NCBI GenBank assembly: GCA_039621445.1
Contig: CP154954.1
Coordinates: 2,108,001 to 2,172,000 of the forward strand
Length of the DNA stretch: 64,000 nt
Source: Euglena gracilis
Lineage: Eukaryota
Reading direction: 5' to 3'
Part shown: positions 25,377 to 38,730 of the stretch, in pieces
Position numbering within the stretch: position 1 is the stretch's first letter
Layout of the letters: every line of letters starts with the position of its first letter
Notes under the pieces: generated by a model
What the model was told of the DNA's origin: nothing
Seen by the model: only the letters and a program-made list of their open reading frames with translations
The model's database searches: none
Program-made: the position numbers and the translations under genes

Positions 25377-27147
25377 TAAGGGGGGGGATCAAATAAAGGG
25401 GGGGGTACCTTCAATTGAAAGGGTCCTGCCCTTGGGTCCCCCCCAGGCAGTCAGTTAGCACATGAAATTAGGCATTTGACCTTTCAAAATTACACCAAAT
25501 TAGAATTTGCACCAAATTTGGAACTGGTCCACCCAGATGCTGTCACGCCGTCAGCCAGCCCATAAAACGAAGTTTTAAAATCATGTTTTTTTTTGAGAAA
25601 AGAAAATGCCATTGGGGGTATATGTCGAAAAACAAAAATTGTTTTTATTTTGGTTTTTTGTGGTTTTTTTTTTTAAAAAAGGGGGTGGTCTGCCCCCCCC
25701 CCAGAACCACCCCTCATTTACCCTGCCCCCCCCCCCCCCGAGGGGGGTGGAGCTCGCATGTTTTTCTGTTCTTTTGAAACAAAAACGTGTAAAAAAAGCA
25801 CCATAAAACCCTGTTTTCTTTTTTGAAAAAAACGTTGATTTTTTCTTTGAAAAGGAACGTTCATCTCACCCAGGGGTTTTCTTAAGCCGAAGGGGACCAC
25901 ATCCCCTGGGGGTGGTCCAGCCAGCCAGCAGCTCAAATCCAGCCAGCAGCCCAAATTCGGGCTGGGAGCCCCCCCTTGGGGTCGAGTGAAATAAAAAGGC
26001 TTGAAAAAGGCCCAAAAATCGCGTTTTCACGCGCCTTTTTGGAAAATTCAATGGGGTTGAAACGGCTCGGCAAAATGGGAACCCACCATGGTCGACCGAC
26101 CCCCTCGGCACGGCATGCCGAACCACACCAACCACACCAACAAAATTTCCTTTGGAAAGTTTGGCTCTCCGCTGCGACAGACACACCCTTGGAGGTGTGA
26201 CCCCCTTGTTGTGGCAAAATGGGGACCTCCCACTTCCATGGTGGCCGAGAGTCCTCGTCAGACGTGCCAAACCTCCCGGGCTGGACCAAATTTTGCCATA
26301 CCCCCATGGAGCTGTTCCCCCCCCCCCTCCCCCGAGTGTTCCCCCCTTTGATAAATTTTCAGACAGATTCCCCAGCATTGACACATGAATTTTTCAAATT
26401 TGGGTTGGTGATTCCGAATTTGGCGCCAAAGTCACAGGTGGGATTCCTGATTTATGGATTTTTTCACCAAAAATCTGGTTTGGTGGACACAGAAATTGTG
26501 GTGTTCATGCTGTCACCCCACCCCATGACCCAAACCACGCCCCCCCTTTATTATTCCCACCCTCTGGCCCCGGGGATGAGCTCCTTCCTCCTTACTGTTC
26601 CCACCTAAAATAAGCTTTTTTTCGTTCACATGCTCAAAATAGCACCTCCACAACATCCATTTGGCGTTGGTTTGGAGCATCCTTTACGAAAGTGTCCTGA
26701 CACTTGTGCAATGACGCTGGGAGGGGAGGAGCAGTCGGCCGGTTGGTCGGCGAAACACCCACTCTGATGTGCTGATGGGTCGAGCCGACTTTTAAGCCCC
26801 CAATTGTCCCCCCCCCCTATTGTCCGATCGGGCCTCCGGGGAGCAGGTCGGTGGACAATGGAGGGGGGGGGGTACAACAAGGAGCAGTGAAGTCGATTCG
26901 GCCCTTTGGGCCCCGGGCGGATAATTGGCTATGAGGATCCTGGAGGTCGTACCGACCTCGGTCGACCCGACCATTGGTCGGCCCGACCATTGGAGGTTAG
27001 GCAGTACGGGGGTACTTTTGACGTTTTTTTGATTTATAAAAACCTATTTCGTCTGGGCCCGCACGCCTGTCTTGAAAATTCATTCGACCGATGCACCTGG
27101 CTTGAGTTTTGGCCGGTTTTGTCATTTTTCTCAAGAAAACGTACGCC

Positions 27148-27328
27148 GTCTTGGAAATCGTTTTGCACTAACGGATCCCTGTCTTGGAAATTGTTTTACA
27201 CCAACGGATCCCTGTCTTGGAAATCGTTTTACACTAACGGTCGCCTGTCTTGGAAATCGTTTTACACTAACGGATCCCTGCCTTGGAAATCGTTTTACAC
27301 TAACGGATCCCTGTCTTGGAAATTGTTT
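27148..27328. repeat. 31-bp minisatellite (about 6 units); further units at 28320-28380
   Basis: Unit ctgtcttggaaatcgttttacactaacggatcc-like, head to tail without unique spacers. Confidence 0.9.
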
Positions 27329-29443
27329 GCTCTTTGCTGATGGTGATATGTTCTTCTTGTCCTCAGTTGTTCTTAATGGCTAAACGGGCGAACCTTGTGG
27401 TGTTGGCCGGACTGAAACCTCCGACCCCCCCCCTGAAGAATTTGTTGCTGCGATCCGCAAAATTTCTGAGGGCGGTAAGCAGGAGGCAGATGACCCGGTG
27501 AACGGCCCCTTGTTTGCTAAGAAAGAAACCAAGAGACTTTCCGGAGCGCAAGGCGTCAACGATCCGGCATCCTGCATTTTCTGACTTTTGTCGATTTTTG
27601 TGAGGATAACGGGTTAAAATATGACTCGTTGGACGAATATTTGCGAGGTTGGGCTCGTCGCACCATTTTTCCGGTGTATTTGTTTGACGATGAGGCTGAC
27701 GTGAAAAGTTGCAAACAACAGCGGGCCACACAGAACTTCTCACTAAAAGAACTTTCTGCAGACTCCTGGCGAAGTTATGTGAACGGCATGATGAGGGCGT
27801 ACAATGCAACGGTCCCAAAAATTGTCTTGCCTGCCTTCGTGGATCGTCAATTTACGTTGCGGAATGAATTTGCTGCCCCGGTGCTCAAACGTGAAAGAGG
27901 GGTGCGTGCCACGGAAGCTGCTCAACGGACGACACCTGGGAACTTCTGTCCCTCCGAACACGTTTTGACCAGGGGTTTTTTTTTAGTCGTGGACCCCCGG
28001 GGGGGTGCCAGGGGGGAGGGGGGGGTCCCCCCCACCCACCCACCTCCTAGGGGCCCCCTGGGGGGGCCCCTAGGGCGCCCGCGGGGGACCCACAAAAAAT
28101 GGCCGAAAAATCGCGAAAAGTGCTAAAAATAGCACTTTTTTCGGCGCCTTTGGCGCCGAAAAGTATATCCCAATATCCCAATATATCCTTAAAAAAAACC
28201 CCTGGTTTTGACGCAAACAACGTTGGAATTTGCTGATTTTTGGATTCAGGACGGGTTTGCGTGCCGAGGTTTTGAGTCGGCTGACCACGCTTGTCAGTTT
28301 TTTCAAGAAAACGTACGCCGTCTTGGAAATCGTTTTACACTAACGGTCGCCTGTCTTGGAAATCGTTTTACACTAACGGATTCAGCCTGAAATCCGTTAG
28401 TGTCTGTAGAAATTCAAGACAGGCGTCGGGCCCAGGAAATTGGTTTTAAACAGTGAACTTAACCTGGGGGGGGGGGACGGGGGGTCCGGGACCCCAAAAG
28501 TTACCGCCTGATCTCCATTGTCGGGCCCCGGACGACGGGGTTTTTTTTGGCCCGGCCAATGAAATTCCTATGGTACGGTCTTATTGTCCCCCCCCCCCCA
28601 TATTGTCCGATCGGGCCTCCCGAGGGCAGGTCGGTGGGACAATAAAGGGGGGGGGGGGTAACGCCTGCTTCCTTCAGACCTCTTTCGGCCCATTTTGTGC
28701 CATGTTTGGGTGCCAAGTTTCAGTCAGTTATGGTGGCCCGGAAAAATGACAGAAAACGGCAGAGCCGGAAGTCTGAAGTGCTGTTTTTTGGGCCGTCCCC
28801 GAGCTTGGCGGGAGTTGCGGGGAAGTCAAAATACCTTTAGATGGGAAATTTTAAGGGACCTGTGCCAAACAGATTTTGGTTTCCGGATATTATGCCCCCC
28901 CCCCCCCGCGAAAACTAGGGAGTTAAACACTTCGTGCCAAAAAAGCCTCAAACAAGGGTTGGAGCAGCCAAAATTTTTGGGGGGAAATTTTCAAACGGGT
29001 TACGGATTGCCATTTCTCAACCGAAAAGTGGGGGGGGACTTTCGACCAAGGAAAACGATCCGACGGTTGTAGTGCAAGGCCGTTTTGTTCCAAATCCGGA
29101 CCTCCAGGCAATCGGGCGGGTCGGGGGGGGGAGCACCGACCGGGCTGGGTTGCCTGGCACCATCAGGCAGGCGTCTAACCCAGACTTTGACACAGACTTT
29201 AACACAGACTCAGTCCCTGGGTAAGGAAATGAAAACCGTGGCCATATCATCATGACCATGGAATTGGGATGGTATGGGAATTGGGAGGGGGCCTAGGACC
29301 TAGTCCCCCCCCCCTGTGCTGTTCCCATGGGGGGGGCATGGTAATTTTCCCTGGTTGATAATTTCCCTCCCCCACTTTTGGCCAGAAATACAAAAATGGT
29401 GAATTGTGCAAAAATCCCCCCCCCTCAAAACTGGTACCCCCAT

Positions 29444-30449
29444 TGTATTTGGTAATCAAAACAGGAATTCTGGTTAGTTGCAATTTTTACTAATATTTGG
29501 CATTTTCAATGGGGGGATGTGGGGGTGGGTCCACAGCATTCCCGCATTTTTTGATTATCACGACTCCCACGGTTTACTGAAAAAGAAACCAGGAAACGGT
29601 TTATGGGAGGTATGGGGGGGTCGCTGAGCTCTTATCCTTTTATGTGTAAGAGCGAACCTTTCCACTGCGGAAAAGGGGGGTCGTCCCCCCCCGGGTCGGG
29701 GCCACCAGGAGAACCGGCAAATTATCACCATGACCCGGGTCCCGAATTTTTTTTCCAGTTGCGAGCGACTGGATCTCAGTTTCCGAATCACCTCCGTTTG
29801 ACCTGCAACTCCCTGCCAGGCCTGAGTTATTCACTGGGTAGGACTGCCCCGCCCCCTCTTCCGACTCTGCCACTTCGCTGGGGTCCAAAATATCTCAGAA
29901 AACGTACAATTTTTCCAGAAATGTAGGTCTGACGAAATGCACCCCCGGAGGCCCTCTATCACCGCCCCATAATCACCGTTTTGGCTGCCGACACGCCTGG
30001 CCCGTGTTCCGGCGCGCTTTTGCAACTCAGAACGGGCATTTTGCAGTGTTTTTTTTGGGCTGTTTCTGGGTCAAAAAAAATCGATTTTTTTCAAATATCT
30101 CGACAATGAAGTAAAATAAAAGAATGTCCGGAGAGCAAAAATGAAGCCTTTGGAACGCTGTATCCAACCATGGTTTTCTTTTCCCTCGACTCTTCGTGTA
30201 GCCCGAGTTACGGCCATTTTTTGGCCCATTTTGGCCCGTTTTTGGGCCATTTTGGGCTGTTTTTTTGGGGGGTCAAAAAACCACGTTGAGACCTAAATTG
30301 AGGCCCTTACGAGCCCTTACGATGCTCTATCTAATTGTGTTTTGATTTCCCCGCAACTCCCCGCCTGGCCCAAAATATGGCCAATTTATGGCCCAAAACA
30401 GCGCGGCATGGCTGTTTTCGGAACCACGGAGAAACTATGAAGGAAAATG
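29444..30449. repeat. Dispersed repeat family copy 2, truncated at a telomeric tract
   Basis: Matches 62746 to about 63760 and 1-911; similarity stops after aggaaaatg. Confidence 0.9.
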
Positions 30450-30463
30450 CCTAACCCTAACCC
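30450..30463. repeat. Short interstitial telomeric tract (CCCTAA)n
   Basis: cctaaccctaaccc exactly at the truncation point of the repeat copy. Confidence 0.75.
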
Positions 30464-30941
30464 AGCCCGTTGTTCGATGAGGCGAGCGTCATCGAACAAT
30501 GTGTGGCTCAACTTGAGCAGCAGTCGGGAACTTTGTTCGTTTCAGGGAATCGTTCGGCAACCTCTTTTCAGACATACATGAATGCCGTCGCTCGGGCATT
30601 CCGCAAAAACAGACACCACCGCTAGGACCGAGGGAAAAAGTAGTCTTGCCTTCCTCAGAGCGCCAATTCCCCCACTTCAACGAGATGACCAACCCCCTGT
30701 GCCTCGTGCTGTGTCCCGACTGCCTATACCGGGGGTAGCCAAATCCCGGAGGGGCTTAATGACCGCCCGAGCTTATTGTCGACCCCATCCAAGGGGCGAC
30801 ATAAGTCCCGACGACTCACAACTGTGGGGGCAACATTTGTCCTGACGGCTTTAGTCTGGTCGAGGTATCGCAGATCGCGAAACAGGCTGCGCCGAACGAA
30901 TTAAGAACCACGCCAGACAATTTACCACCTGTCCCATATTT

Positions 30942-31149
30942 CTTTCTGAGTGTCTATTTTTTTCGCATGTCATGTCGGACAAGTGAAAGCCCCTGGTGGG
31001 GTATGTTGAAGCCCGAAGACATTGTTGGACAAAACCTCAGGTGTGAATTAGTTATCACTATCAAGTACAAGTCCAAGCAAGATTCAAGTTCAAGAAGCTC
31101 GAGCAGTCGAACTTGCTTGCCAGAGGCCGCCCCAGCAGCAGGAGTATAG
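30942..31149 (+). pseudogene. Retrocopy of a spliced-leader trans-spliced mRNA (SL relic followed by an ATG ORF)
   Basis: CTTTCTGAGTGTCTATTTTTTTCG (30942-30965) matches the Euglena SL except for the 5' A and one T; ATG follows at 30967 (MSCRTSESPWWGMLKPEDIVG...). No GT donor follows the SL. 3' end not defined. Confidence 0.75.
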
Positions 31150-31664
31150 CCACAGGCAGCCCCAGCAGCCAAGGTGTACCGACAATGGCACCATGTCGAT
31201 CATCGACCTCTGTCAAGACATTATTAAGACAGGGACTTCCATGCCACATCTTTGCCTTGTTGTTGTTGCATTCCCCAGGGGAAATGAAAACACATGGGAC
31301 ACTGGGTCTGTCAAAGTGGGGGATGCACCCCCTCCCCAGTCACATCTTTCCCATTGCATCTTCCCCAGTGACTCACAATTGCCTGTACAGTTCAAATCTG
31401 GTTGGGAAATCCCAACATTTGCGACCAGAAAAATCCCAGCAGAAGTGCATGTTTGTATTGTCAGCTGGGAAATGCCAGCGACATCAACATGACCATCAGT
31501 TGAAGGGGAAATCCCAGCAGCATTTGCAGCAGGGAAATTACCATCAGTATTTGCTGCCTGAAAAGCCCCACCATCTGACAGCAGAATGCCAGCACCACCT
31601 GCTACAGGAAAAATCCCAGCAGCAGTTGCAACAGGAACAATCCCAACATGAAGCAACAAGCTTT

Positions 31665-31975
31665 TTCAGCCCCCCTGTGAGACTGAAAATTTCAATTTTC
31701 TGCCCCCCCCCTTGTGAGACTGAAGAATTTAATTTTCTGCCCCCCCGTGACACTGATAATTCAAATTTTCACCCCCCCCGTGAGACTGAAATTTTTAATT
31801 TTCACCCCCCAATGAGACTGACAATTTTAATTTTCAGCCCCCCCCCGAGACTCAAAATTTTTTGAGCCCCCCCCGTGAGAGTTAAAATTTCAATTTTCAT
31901 CCCCCCTGTGACTGAAAATTTTGATTTTCAGCCTCCCCCCCGGGTCCGAAAACTTTGACCTTCAGCCCCCGTGAG
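31665..31975. repeat. About 31-bp imperfect minisatellite
   Basis: Unit ccccccgtgagactgaaattttaattttca-like, about ten copies. Confidence 0.85.
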
Positions 31976-32239
31976 TCGAAAATTTTAGACGGCTGGCGGA
32001 GGAGACCGCAGGAGGCGGCGGTAAAGCCCGGCCCACGGCCTCGGTGAACGGTGAGCACTTGCGTGCCTTGACTCACTTTCACTGATTCACTTTTTTACCG
32101 CAAGGGCTGGGTGCGGAGTATAGCAGGGTCGGAATAAAACCGGTCGTACCCCTCCGGGGAGGGGGGCGGGATTAAGCCCGACGGGTGGAGGGCAAGGGGG
32201 CGGCATAAAACCGCACGGGTAAAAGCCGGTCGGCCTTTA

Positions 32240-32443
32240 ATGCCAGACGACTTTTGGCTACCCCCGGTAAAACAGGAGAAATGTGGTTTCTGTGGTGTTG
32301 CCATTCCGAAAAATCCAAATTGTGTGGAGCTGAACAAAGTTGTCTGTGACGCCTGCGGTTTGGCATATCATTTTCATTGCCAAGATTTGCGGCGGCCACC
32401 AAAGTATGGCTCTTTTCTGTGTAAAGCCTGTTGTGTGCCGTGA
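32240..32443 (+). CDS. PHD-finger (C4HC3) coding segment, terminal exon or mobile-element fragment
   Basis: CGFC...CDACGLAYHFHC...FLCKAC followed by a stop; frame open upstream to 32138. Confidence 0.7.
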   Translation: MPDDFWLPPVKQEKCGFCGVAIPKNPNCVELNKVVCDACGLAYHFHCQDLRRPPKYGSFLCKACCVP

Positions 32444-34191
32444 TTTTCGCCCCTTCCCTGTCGTTCTGCCAAGGCAACCTAGCCTTCTTGTTGTCGTCTT
32501 CGTGTTGTAGAGTGCCCCCGACCCGCCTCACCCGTTGAGGACCACCCGGCCTCTCAACCGCACGCCGATTTTTCATGATTGCGATTTTGCACACCGATTT
32601 TTCTTGCTGGGGGTTGCCACAGATGCCCTCACTGAAAACGTGCCTGAACACAGATGCCTTCACTGAAAACGTGTCATTGGCACAAATGCCCTCATTGAAA
32701 ACGTGTTCATGACCACGAATTCCAGGGCAGGCATTTGGCGGGCTGAACACGTTTTTAATTTACCCTCACCCCCCCCCTCAAAGTGGCCACCCTCTAGGCA
32801 CCATGGGACCCCAAATGGCCACTCTGGGAGGGGGGACACTTTTGGGGGGGGGTCAAATTTTGGCCTTCGGCGCCTTTGGCGCCGAAGGAAAATTGCCACT
32901 TTGAGGGGGTATAAACCAAAATTTGCCAAACCTTTTGGCCACTTTGGGAGGGGGGACACTTTGAGGGGGGGGGTGAGGATATATGATGCATGGCACCTGA
33001 GGTGTGAGATGTCAAATTTTGGAATACACAATCGCTGAAAGCAAGCGCTGTGTGCATTAACGGTATGGCGGAATCCTGTGGCCATCTGTCAAAAGCCCTT
33101 GAGAAGAGCTTTCGATTGATGGGGAACATGGCATCAGACATGTGAAAACTTCAATCGGCCGATGGAGGCCAGATAGTCCACTTCGGGACCCCAGGACCCC
33201 TCCTCCCCCCACTGTTCAGTTTACTCCCGAGACCCCCCCCCTGTGTACCTGGAGGTACCTGTTCACTTTGGGAAAAAAAAACAACAAAAAACGGAACGCC
33301 GGGCAAACACCGAAAAGGGCTTTTTCAAAAAAATTTCGGTGCACCCAGAATGGCGTCCCACGTGCGATGAATGATGCGCTGCCGATTACAGTGGACCCTC
33401 CAAGGAGGACAAGGCAGTACAGTTGGTCAAACCTTGGGACCCCCCCTCCCCCCCCTGTACAGTTCCAACCCCCCCCTCCCGGGACCCCCCCCCACTTCCA
33501 ACCCCCCCGAGACAGATGAAAATTTTTTTTAAAAAAAACGGCTTGTTTTTTTGAAACAAAAAAACAAGCCGTTTTTTAAGGGGGTGGTGCGGGTCGCGGG
33601 GGGGTCATGGGGGGGGTCACGGGGCGGGGGCCAAAAATCTTTTCCCCTGAAAGAAGTGCCAAAAACTGGTGCATTTCCCCACCCAAAACGGAATTTTGTC
33701 AAAAATGGCCCAAACTTCATCCCAAAAACGTGTTGGTCAAGAAAATCCTAACAAAATTCCCTTTTCAAAAAATGACCAATTTTATCGCGATGCCACGTCA
33801 TGGATGTTGCCTCCCGGCTACCTGCAAAGTGTCATACTTCCCCCGTGACCCCCCATTTTTGGGTGTGAAGGCGCATTGGGCGGAGAAGGATACATGAAAG
33901 TTCATTGTTTTTTTTTTAAAAAATGTTGAAAAAAAAGAATGGCGAAGGATCGATTCTCAGGTCACGGGGGGGTCACGGGGGTGTAACTGGGGGGGGGGCA
34001 CGGGGTTAGTACCCCCTAAGAAAAAATATGTTTTTTTAAAATTTTTTTTAAAAAAAACCTCATGGGGGTTTGGGGGAATTTTTTTAAAACTTTTTTTTTA
34101 CTTTTTTTCATCTCTGCAGCTTCGTAGTCCATTAAAGGTGCTGGAAAAACTAAAAATACGTCACTTTTGATGACCAAAAAAATGAGTGGGG

Positions 34192-34931
34192 GTGTATGAG
34201 TCGCGGGGGGGGTCGCGGGGGGGTCGCGGGGGGGTCGCGGGGGGAATGTGGAAGTTTTGACGGGTCACGTGTGACAAGTGTGACCTTTCATACAACGTCA
34301 CATGGAACCTATTTTTAGAACTTTTGGGTCCAAAAATAGCAATTAGGAATTTGTCACACATTTTTGGCAATTTTGATTCCTAATTTGAGTGCAAATTAGG
34401 AATTAGGTGCCACTTTTTGGCTCCTACTGGGATGTGGAAACCCTCCATGTGTGGGTCGCAGGGGGGTCGCGGGGGGGTCGCGGGGGGGGTCGCGGGGGAT
34501 ACACCCTTTTCCTCAAAAAATGGGCATTTCGCAAGGAAAAAGGTCAAATTTTGCTTTTTTAAAAAAGAAAACATGTTTTTTTGTTGGGGGTGTATCCCCC
34601 GCGACCCCCCCCCCCCCGACCCCCCCCCGCCCCCCCCCCGCCCCCACCACGGAGGGTTTCCCCATCCCAGTAGGAGCCAAAAAAGGGCACCTGATTAGGA
34701 ATTTGCACCCAAATTAGGAATCAAAATTGCCTAAAATGTGTGACAAATTCCTAATTGGAGCTATTTTTGGACCAAAAGTTCTAAAAATAGGTCCCATGTG
34801 ACGTTGTATGAGAGGTCACACTTGTCACGTGTGACCCGTCAAAACTTCCACGTTCCCCCCGCGACCCCCCCCCCGCGACCCCCCCGCGACCCCCCCCCCA
34901 CCCCACCGCGACCCCCCCCCCTCTCATACAC
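34192..34931. mobile_element. Foldback element with about 320-bp inverted arms (34192-34507 / 34588-34931)
   Basis: gtggaagttttgacgggtcacgtgtgacaagtgtgacc...ggctcctactgggatg is mirrored in reverse complement at 34660-34852; GTCGCGGGGGG subrepeats. Confidence 0.8.
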
Positions 34932-35864
34932 TCGTTTTTTTTGTTGAAAAACAAAAAACGTCAACCCTGGCTCAATTCCGCATGGTGTGCCAAGGGGGAG
35001 TGATTGAAGCTGCTTCCTGCGTTTCTACTACCAACTGGCCGCCCTCCGGGCGGCCCGGACCCCCCTTCTGGCCAATTAGGGGGGGGGGTTACCCCAAGGG
35101 GGTGGTGCGGGTCACGGGGGGGGGGGTCACGAGGGGGGGGGGGTCACGGGGGAGTCACGGGGGAAGTATGCCACTTTGGAGGAAGTCGGGAAGCAGCATC
35201 CATGATGTTGCATCCCATCACGAGAAGGGCGGCACGCATCCTAAAATCGTTGATTTTTGGGTCCAAAAAGCGGTCATTTTTGGCCATCTTTGGGCCATTT
35301 TTGAACAAAAAAAAATGCTTTTTGGTCCGAAAGTGGTCATTTTTGGGTATGTCCGAACATGGGTGAAGTCCACCGGGGGGGGGGGGGTCCCGGAAACCCT
35401 CCCCCTCATCTGCCTCAGTGAAGTTAAACACCCCCCAAATAATACTCCCCCCCAAATAATACCCCCCCCCAAATAATACCCCCGCCTCGGGGTCCGACTT
35501 CGGCCGCCTAAATAATACCCCGGACAAAGGCCCGGATTTTTGACCTGAAAATGTCGGTAAAAACCATTATCTGTGACAACAAATTACGAAAAAAAAAATT
35601 TTCCCGGCTCATCTGGCCTCCATAAAATGGTAAATTTCACAAGAAAGTGCAAAAAATGACCCCAAAGAGGGTTTTGGGTGCTATTTTGGGTTTTACGGGA
35701 CTTCGAAAAATTTCGAAAGATTTGGGAAAATAATACCCCCCCCAAATAATACCCCCCCCCCCTCGGGCCGGGACTTCGGGCGAAAAAATAATACCCCGGG
35801 GGGGTATTATTTGGGGGGTCAGCTTAACTAACTTAATTTCACTACCCTCACCCCCTCAAAGTGG

Positions 35865-38185
35865 CCACCCTCCAGGCATCGTGGGACCCAAATGGCCACT
35901 CCAGGGGAGGGGGGACACTTTGGAGAGGAGGTCAAATTTTGGCCTTTGCCGCCTTTGGTGTCGAAGGAAAATTAGGGGTAAACCCTTTGAGGGGATAAAC
36001 CAGAATTTGCCAAAAAACTTGGCCACGTTTGGGGGGTGACATTTTGAGGGGGCGAGGGTGAGTTAAATTTGGTTAAGGTAAATTGGGTGAAGTTAACTTC
36101 ACTGGTGAAGATTACTTCACTGGTGAGGTTCACTACAAGAGAACTTGTTTGTCAAAAAAAAATGGCCAAAATGACATTCTTTAAGAAATTTTGATAAAAG
36201 TCCACAACAAATGCACACAGAGTGACGACCATTAACAGAATGGCGGCGCATGTCTTATGATGGTATGGTCGTGGGTTGGAAACCCACGAGGTCACACAGG
36301 TCCTTTGAGGGGCGAGACCGTGCCAATTAAGTACATCGCCAATTTTTATTTTGGAATTCATCCAACACTTTTTCAGGCGGGTTGCTGCCTTCGGGTCCAA
36401 AAACAGTCTCCCCTTTGGCTGTAAAAAAAAAAAACTTGAACTGCACTTTTTTTGCAGTGCCTTTGACTTGTTTTTTTCTCACATGGGATGACAACAACAC
36501 ATAAACCCAATTTTTAAATGGGAAAAAAAGGTGCTTTGCACACAAAAAAAGGAGAAACGGTCTGAAATTTCTGAAAAAGGTAGAACATAAATTACACGGC
36601 GGAAATTAAAAAATGAATTACGCCGTAAGTTACGCGTAAGTTACAAGTGAAACTTACAATTGTAAATTACGTTGCAATGCTACCAGGTGCGAAGCGCCGA
36701 GGAAACTTTTTTTATGGCACAACCAAAATGTATTTTTTTTCTGTCCCCCTGGCCCCAAAGGGGCCGAGACGTTAACGCCTTTTTTGAATTCCAATGCTCC
36801 AAAAAATTTGAGCTAGAAAGCGAAATCATGGGTAGAACCCCTTTGGAAACCCCCCAACTCAACCCAACTGTCGACTTCGCAACCTGGGGGGGGGGCAGCC
36901 CCCCCCCCCCAGGTTGAGGACAATTCTTTTCTGTTTTTTAGGGGGGTTTCTTCCACAAAAATTTCATGTTTCCCCTCCCCCCTTTTGCCATGCGATTCTT
37001 TTGTACTTGTGCAATCTCCCCTTTTGCCAATGGGACATATTTTGGGTCAAATTAATACGCCAAAAAAGGCGCCATTGTTTGGGTCGAAAATCTTTTCACC
37101 TCAAATCTTGGCATTTCTTTCCATTTTTTTGACCATGTCAAGACAAATTTTCGATGGTTTGAACCAGAAAATTGATGAAAAGCGACCAAAAACGCCACCT
37201 ACATCAAAAAGCAGGCTGAAATGATGAATGAAAAGAAAGGCTGGGTGATGAAGGTTGATGCATTGTATGAAAATTGAAAGCTCGATTCTCGGGTCACGGG
37301 CGGGTCACGGGGGGGTCACGGGGGTAGCACCCCCCTAACCCCCCCAATTGGCCATCTGGACCTGTCCTTCATAATCGCGAACCCCCGAAAAACACCCGAA
37401 TAAAGGCATTTTCCCTTGAAATGAGAACCCCCCCCCCTAATTGGCCACCTGGGCTTTGGCCAATTAGGGGGGGGGGAATAAGGGGGGGGTGTTTAAAGTG
37501 AAAATACTGGCTACCACTCTTTTTACAAGACACAAATGTTTTGCAAAATGCATCTGAATTTCGCAAAACCCATCATTGCCAACCTCAATTGGACGAAAAA
37601 TGTCGCAACTGTCTCGGGGGTAGGCAGTACAGTTGTGATTTTCTGGGGACCCCCCCTCCCCCCCCCCTGTACAGCTTCCAACCCCCCCCTCGGACCCCCC
37701 CCTCCCCCCCTGTGCCTTGTTTCCAAGGAGGGGGTTTGCATGGTGCAGAGGAAGTGCATCACTTTGTAGGCATCAAGGCAATACCGTAATAAAATGTGCT
37801 CACACTGCGGGTCGCCGAGATTGCTCAGGACATGTCAAGCTTCCTTCATTTGGTCCACCAACGCTGGCACCTCTTTTTTTTAAACGTTGTTGAAGCCGGG
37901 TGCTCCATTGGAAAGCCCAAGACTCGCAAGCCCTGGCCAGGCAACCATGGGACTTTTGGGGGGTGGTTCGGGACGCGGGGGGGACGCGGGGGGGGGGACG
38001 CGGGGGGGACGCGGGGGGGAACTGTGGCCCAACCACCCCCACACGTTTTCTTTGGCGTCACCCGAATTTGTATGAAATTTTCATTTGGTCGCCCAAAAAA
38101 CATGCCCGGCCGAAATCCGGGACGCGGGGGGGACGCGGGGGGGGGACGCGGGGGGGACGCGGGGGGAACACCCCCTTGGGATGGA
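35865..38185. repeat. Left arm of a 2.3-kb inverted duplication
   Basis: Reverse complement of 41877-44191; only a few substitutions and homopolymer differences seen; mirrored ORFs in the track. Confidence 0.95.
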
Positions 38186-38730
38186 ACGGAACGGGGCAAC
38201 TCAAAGTTTGGGCATTCTGTGTTTGATTGGACTTGTGGTGGTCCCCAAAGGCGGCGCTTCTGCAGATTCAGGTGCACCCCGAGGCGGCTGGAGCTTGCAT
38301 GGATGATTCCAAGGCCTCCATTGCGCCTACGAGGTGCCCATCATCCAGATACCATGCATTCATAGCGAGATCCCTTGGGAGTCCTGTCACCACATCTTGC
38401 CGTGTCAAGGCGAAGAAGAGCGGCCCAAAGGGGTCACCTTGCTGCACTCCTTGCTCACTGGTGAGTTTGTGGCCTTGCGAATACAAGAAGGAGTGAGTCG
38501 CATACGACAGGCGAGCCCATGCTTCCAAGTCCGGGGCTCGTGAACGCACTGCATCAAGCAGAGCTTGCCGATCCACCGCATTGAAGGCGTTCTGGAGGTC
38601 GACTTGCGATGCCCATGGACCATTGGGTGTGTTTTGCACGTAGGAATGCAGTCCTTAGGCAATGGCCACACAGGCTCCTTCCATTGCCATCCCACTTTGG
38701 TTTGGTGAGCAAGTCTGCTGCACTTGCCCG
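38186..38730 (-). pseudogene. Non-LTR retrotransposon RT fragment, CRE-like
   Basis: PNQSGMAMEGACVAIA*...VDLQNAFNAVDR...EQGVQQGDPFGPLFFAL...WYLDDGHLVG, then a frameshift to HLNLQKRRLWGP; cut off by the left inverted arm. Confidence 0.8.

Noticed and set aside
27148-27328. CRISPR-like regular repeats
   Set aside because: Units are contiguous without unique spacers, no cas genes, eukaryotic context; a minisatellite.
27629-27960. Protein-like ORF segment (DEYLRGWARRTIFPVYLF...)
   Set aside because: Looks coding but I recognise no domain and cannot define splice sites.
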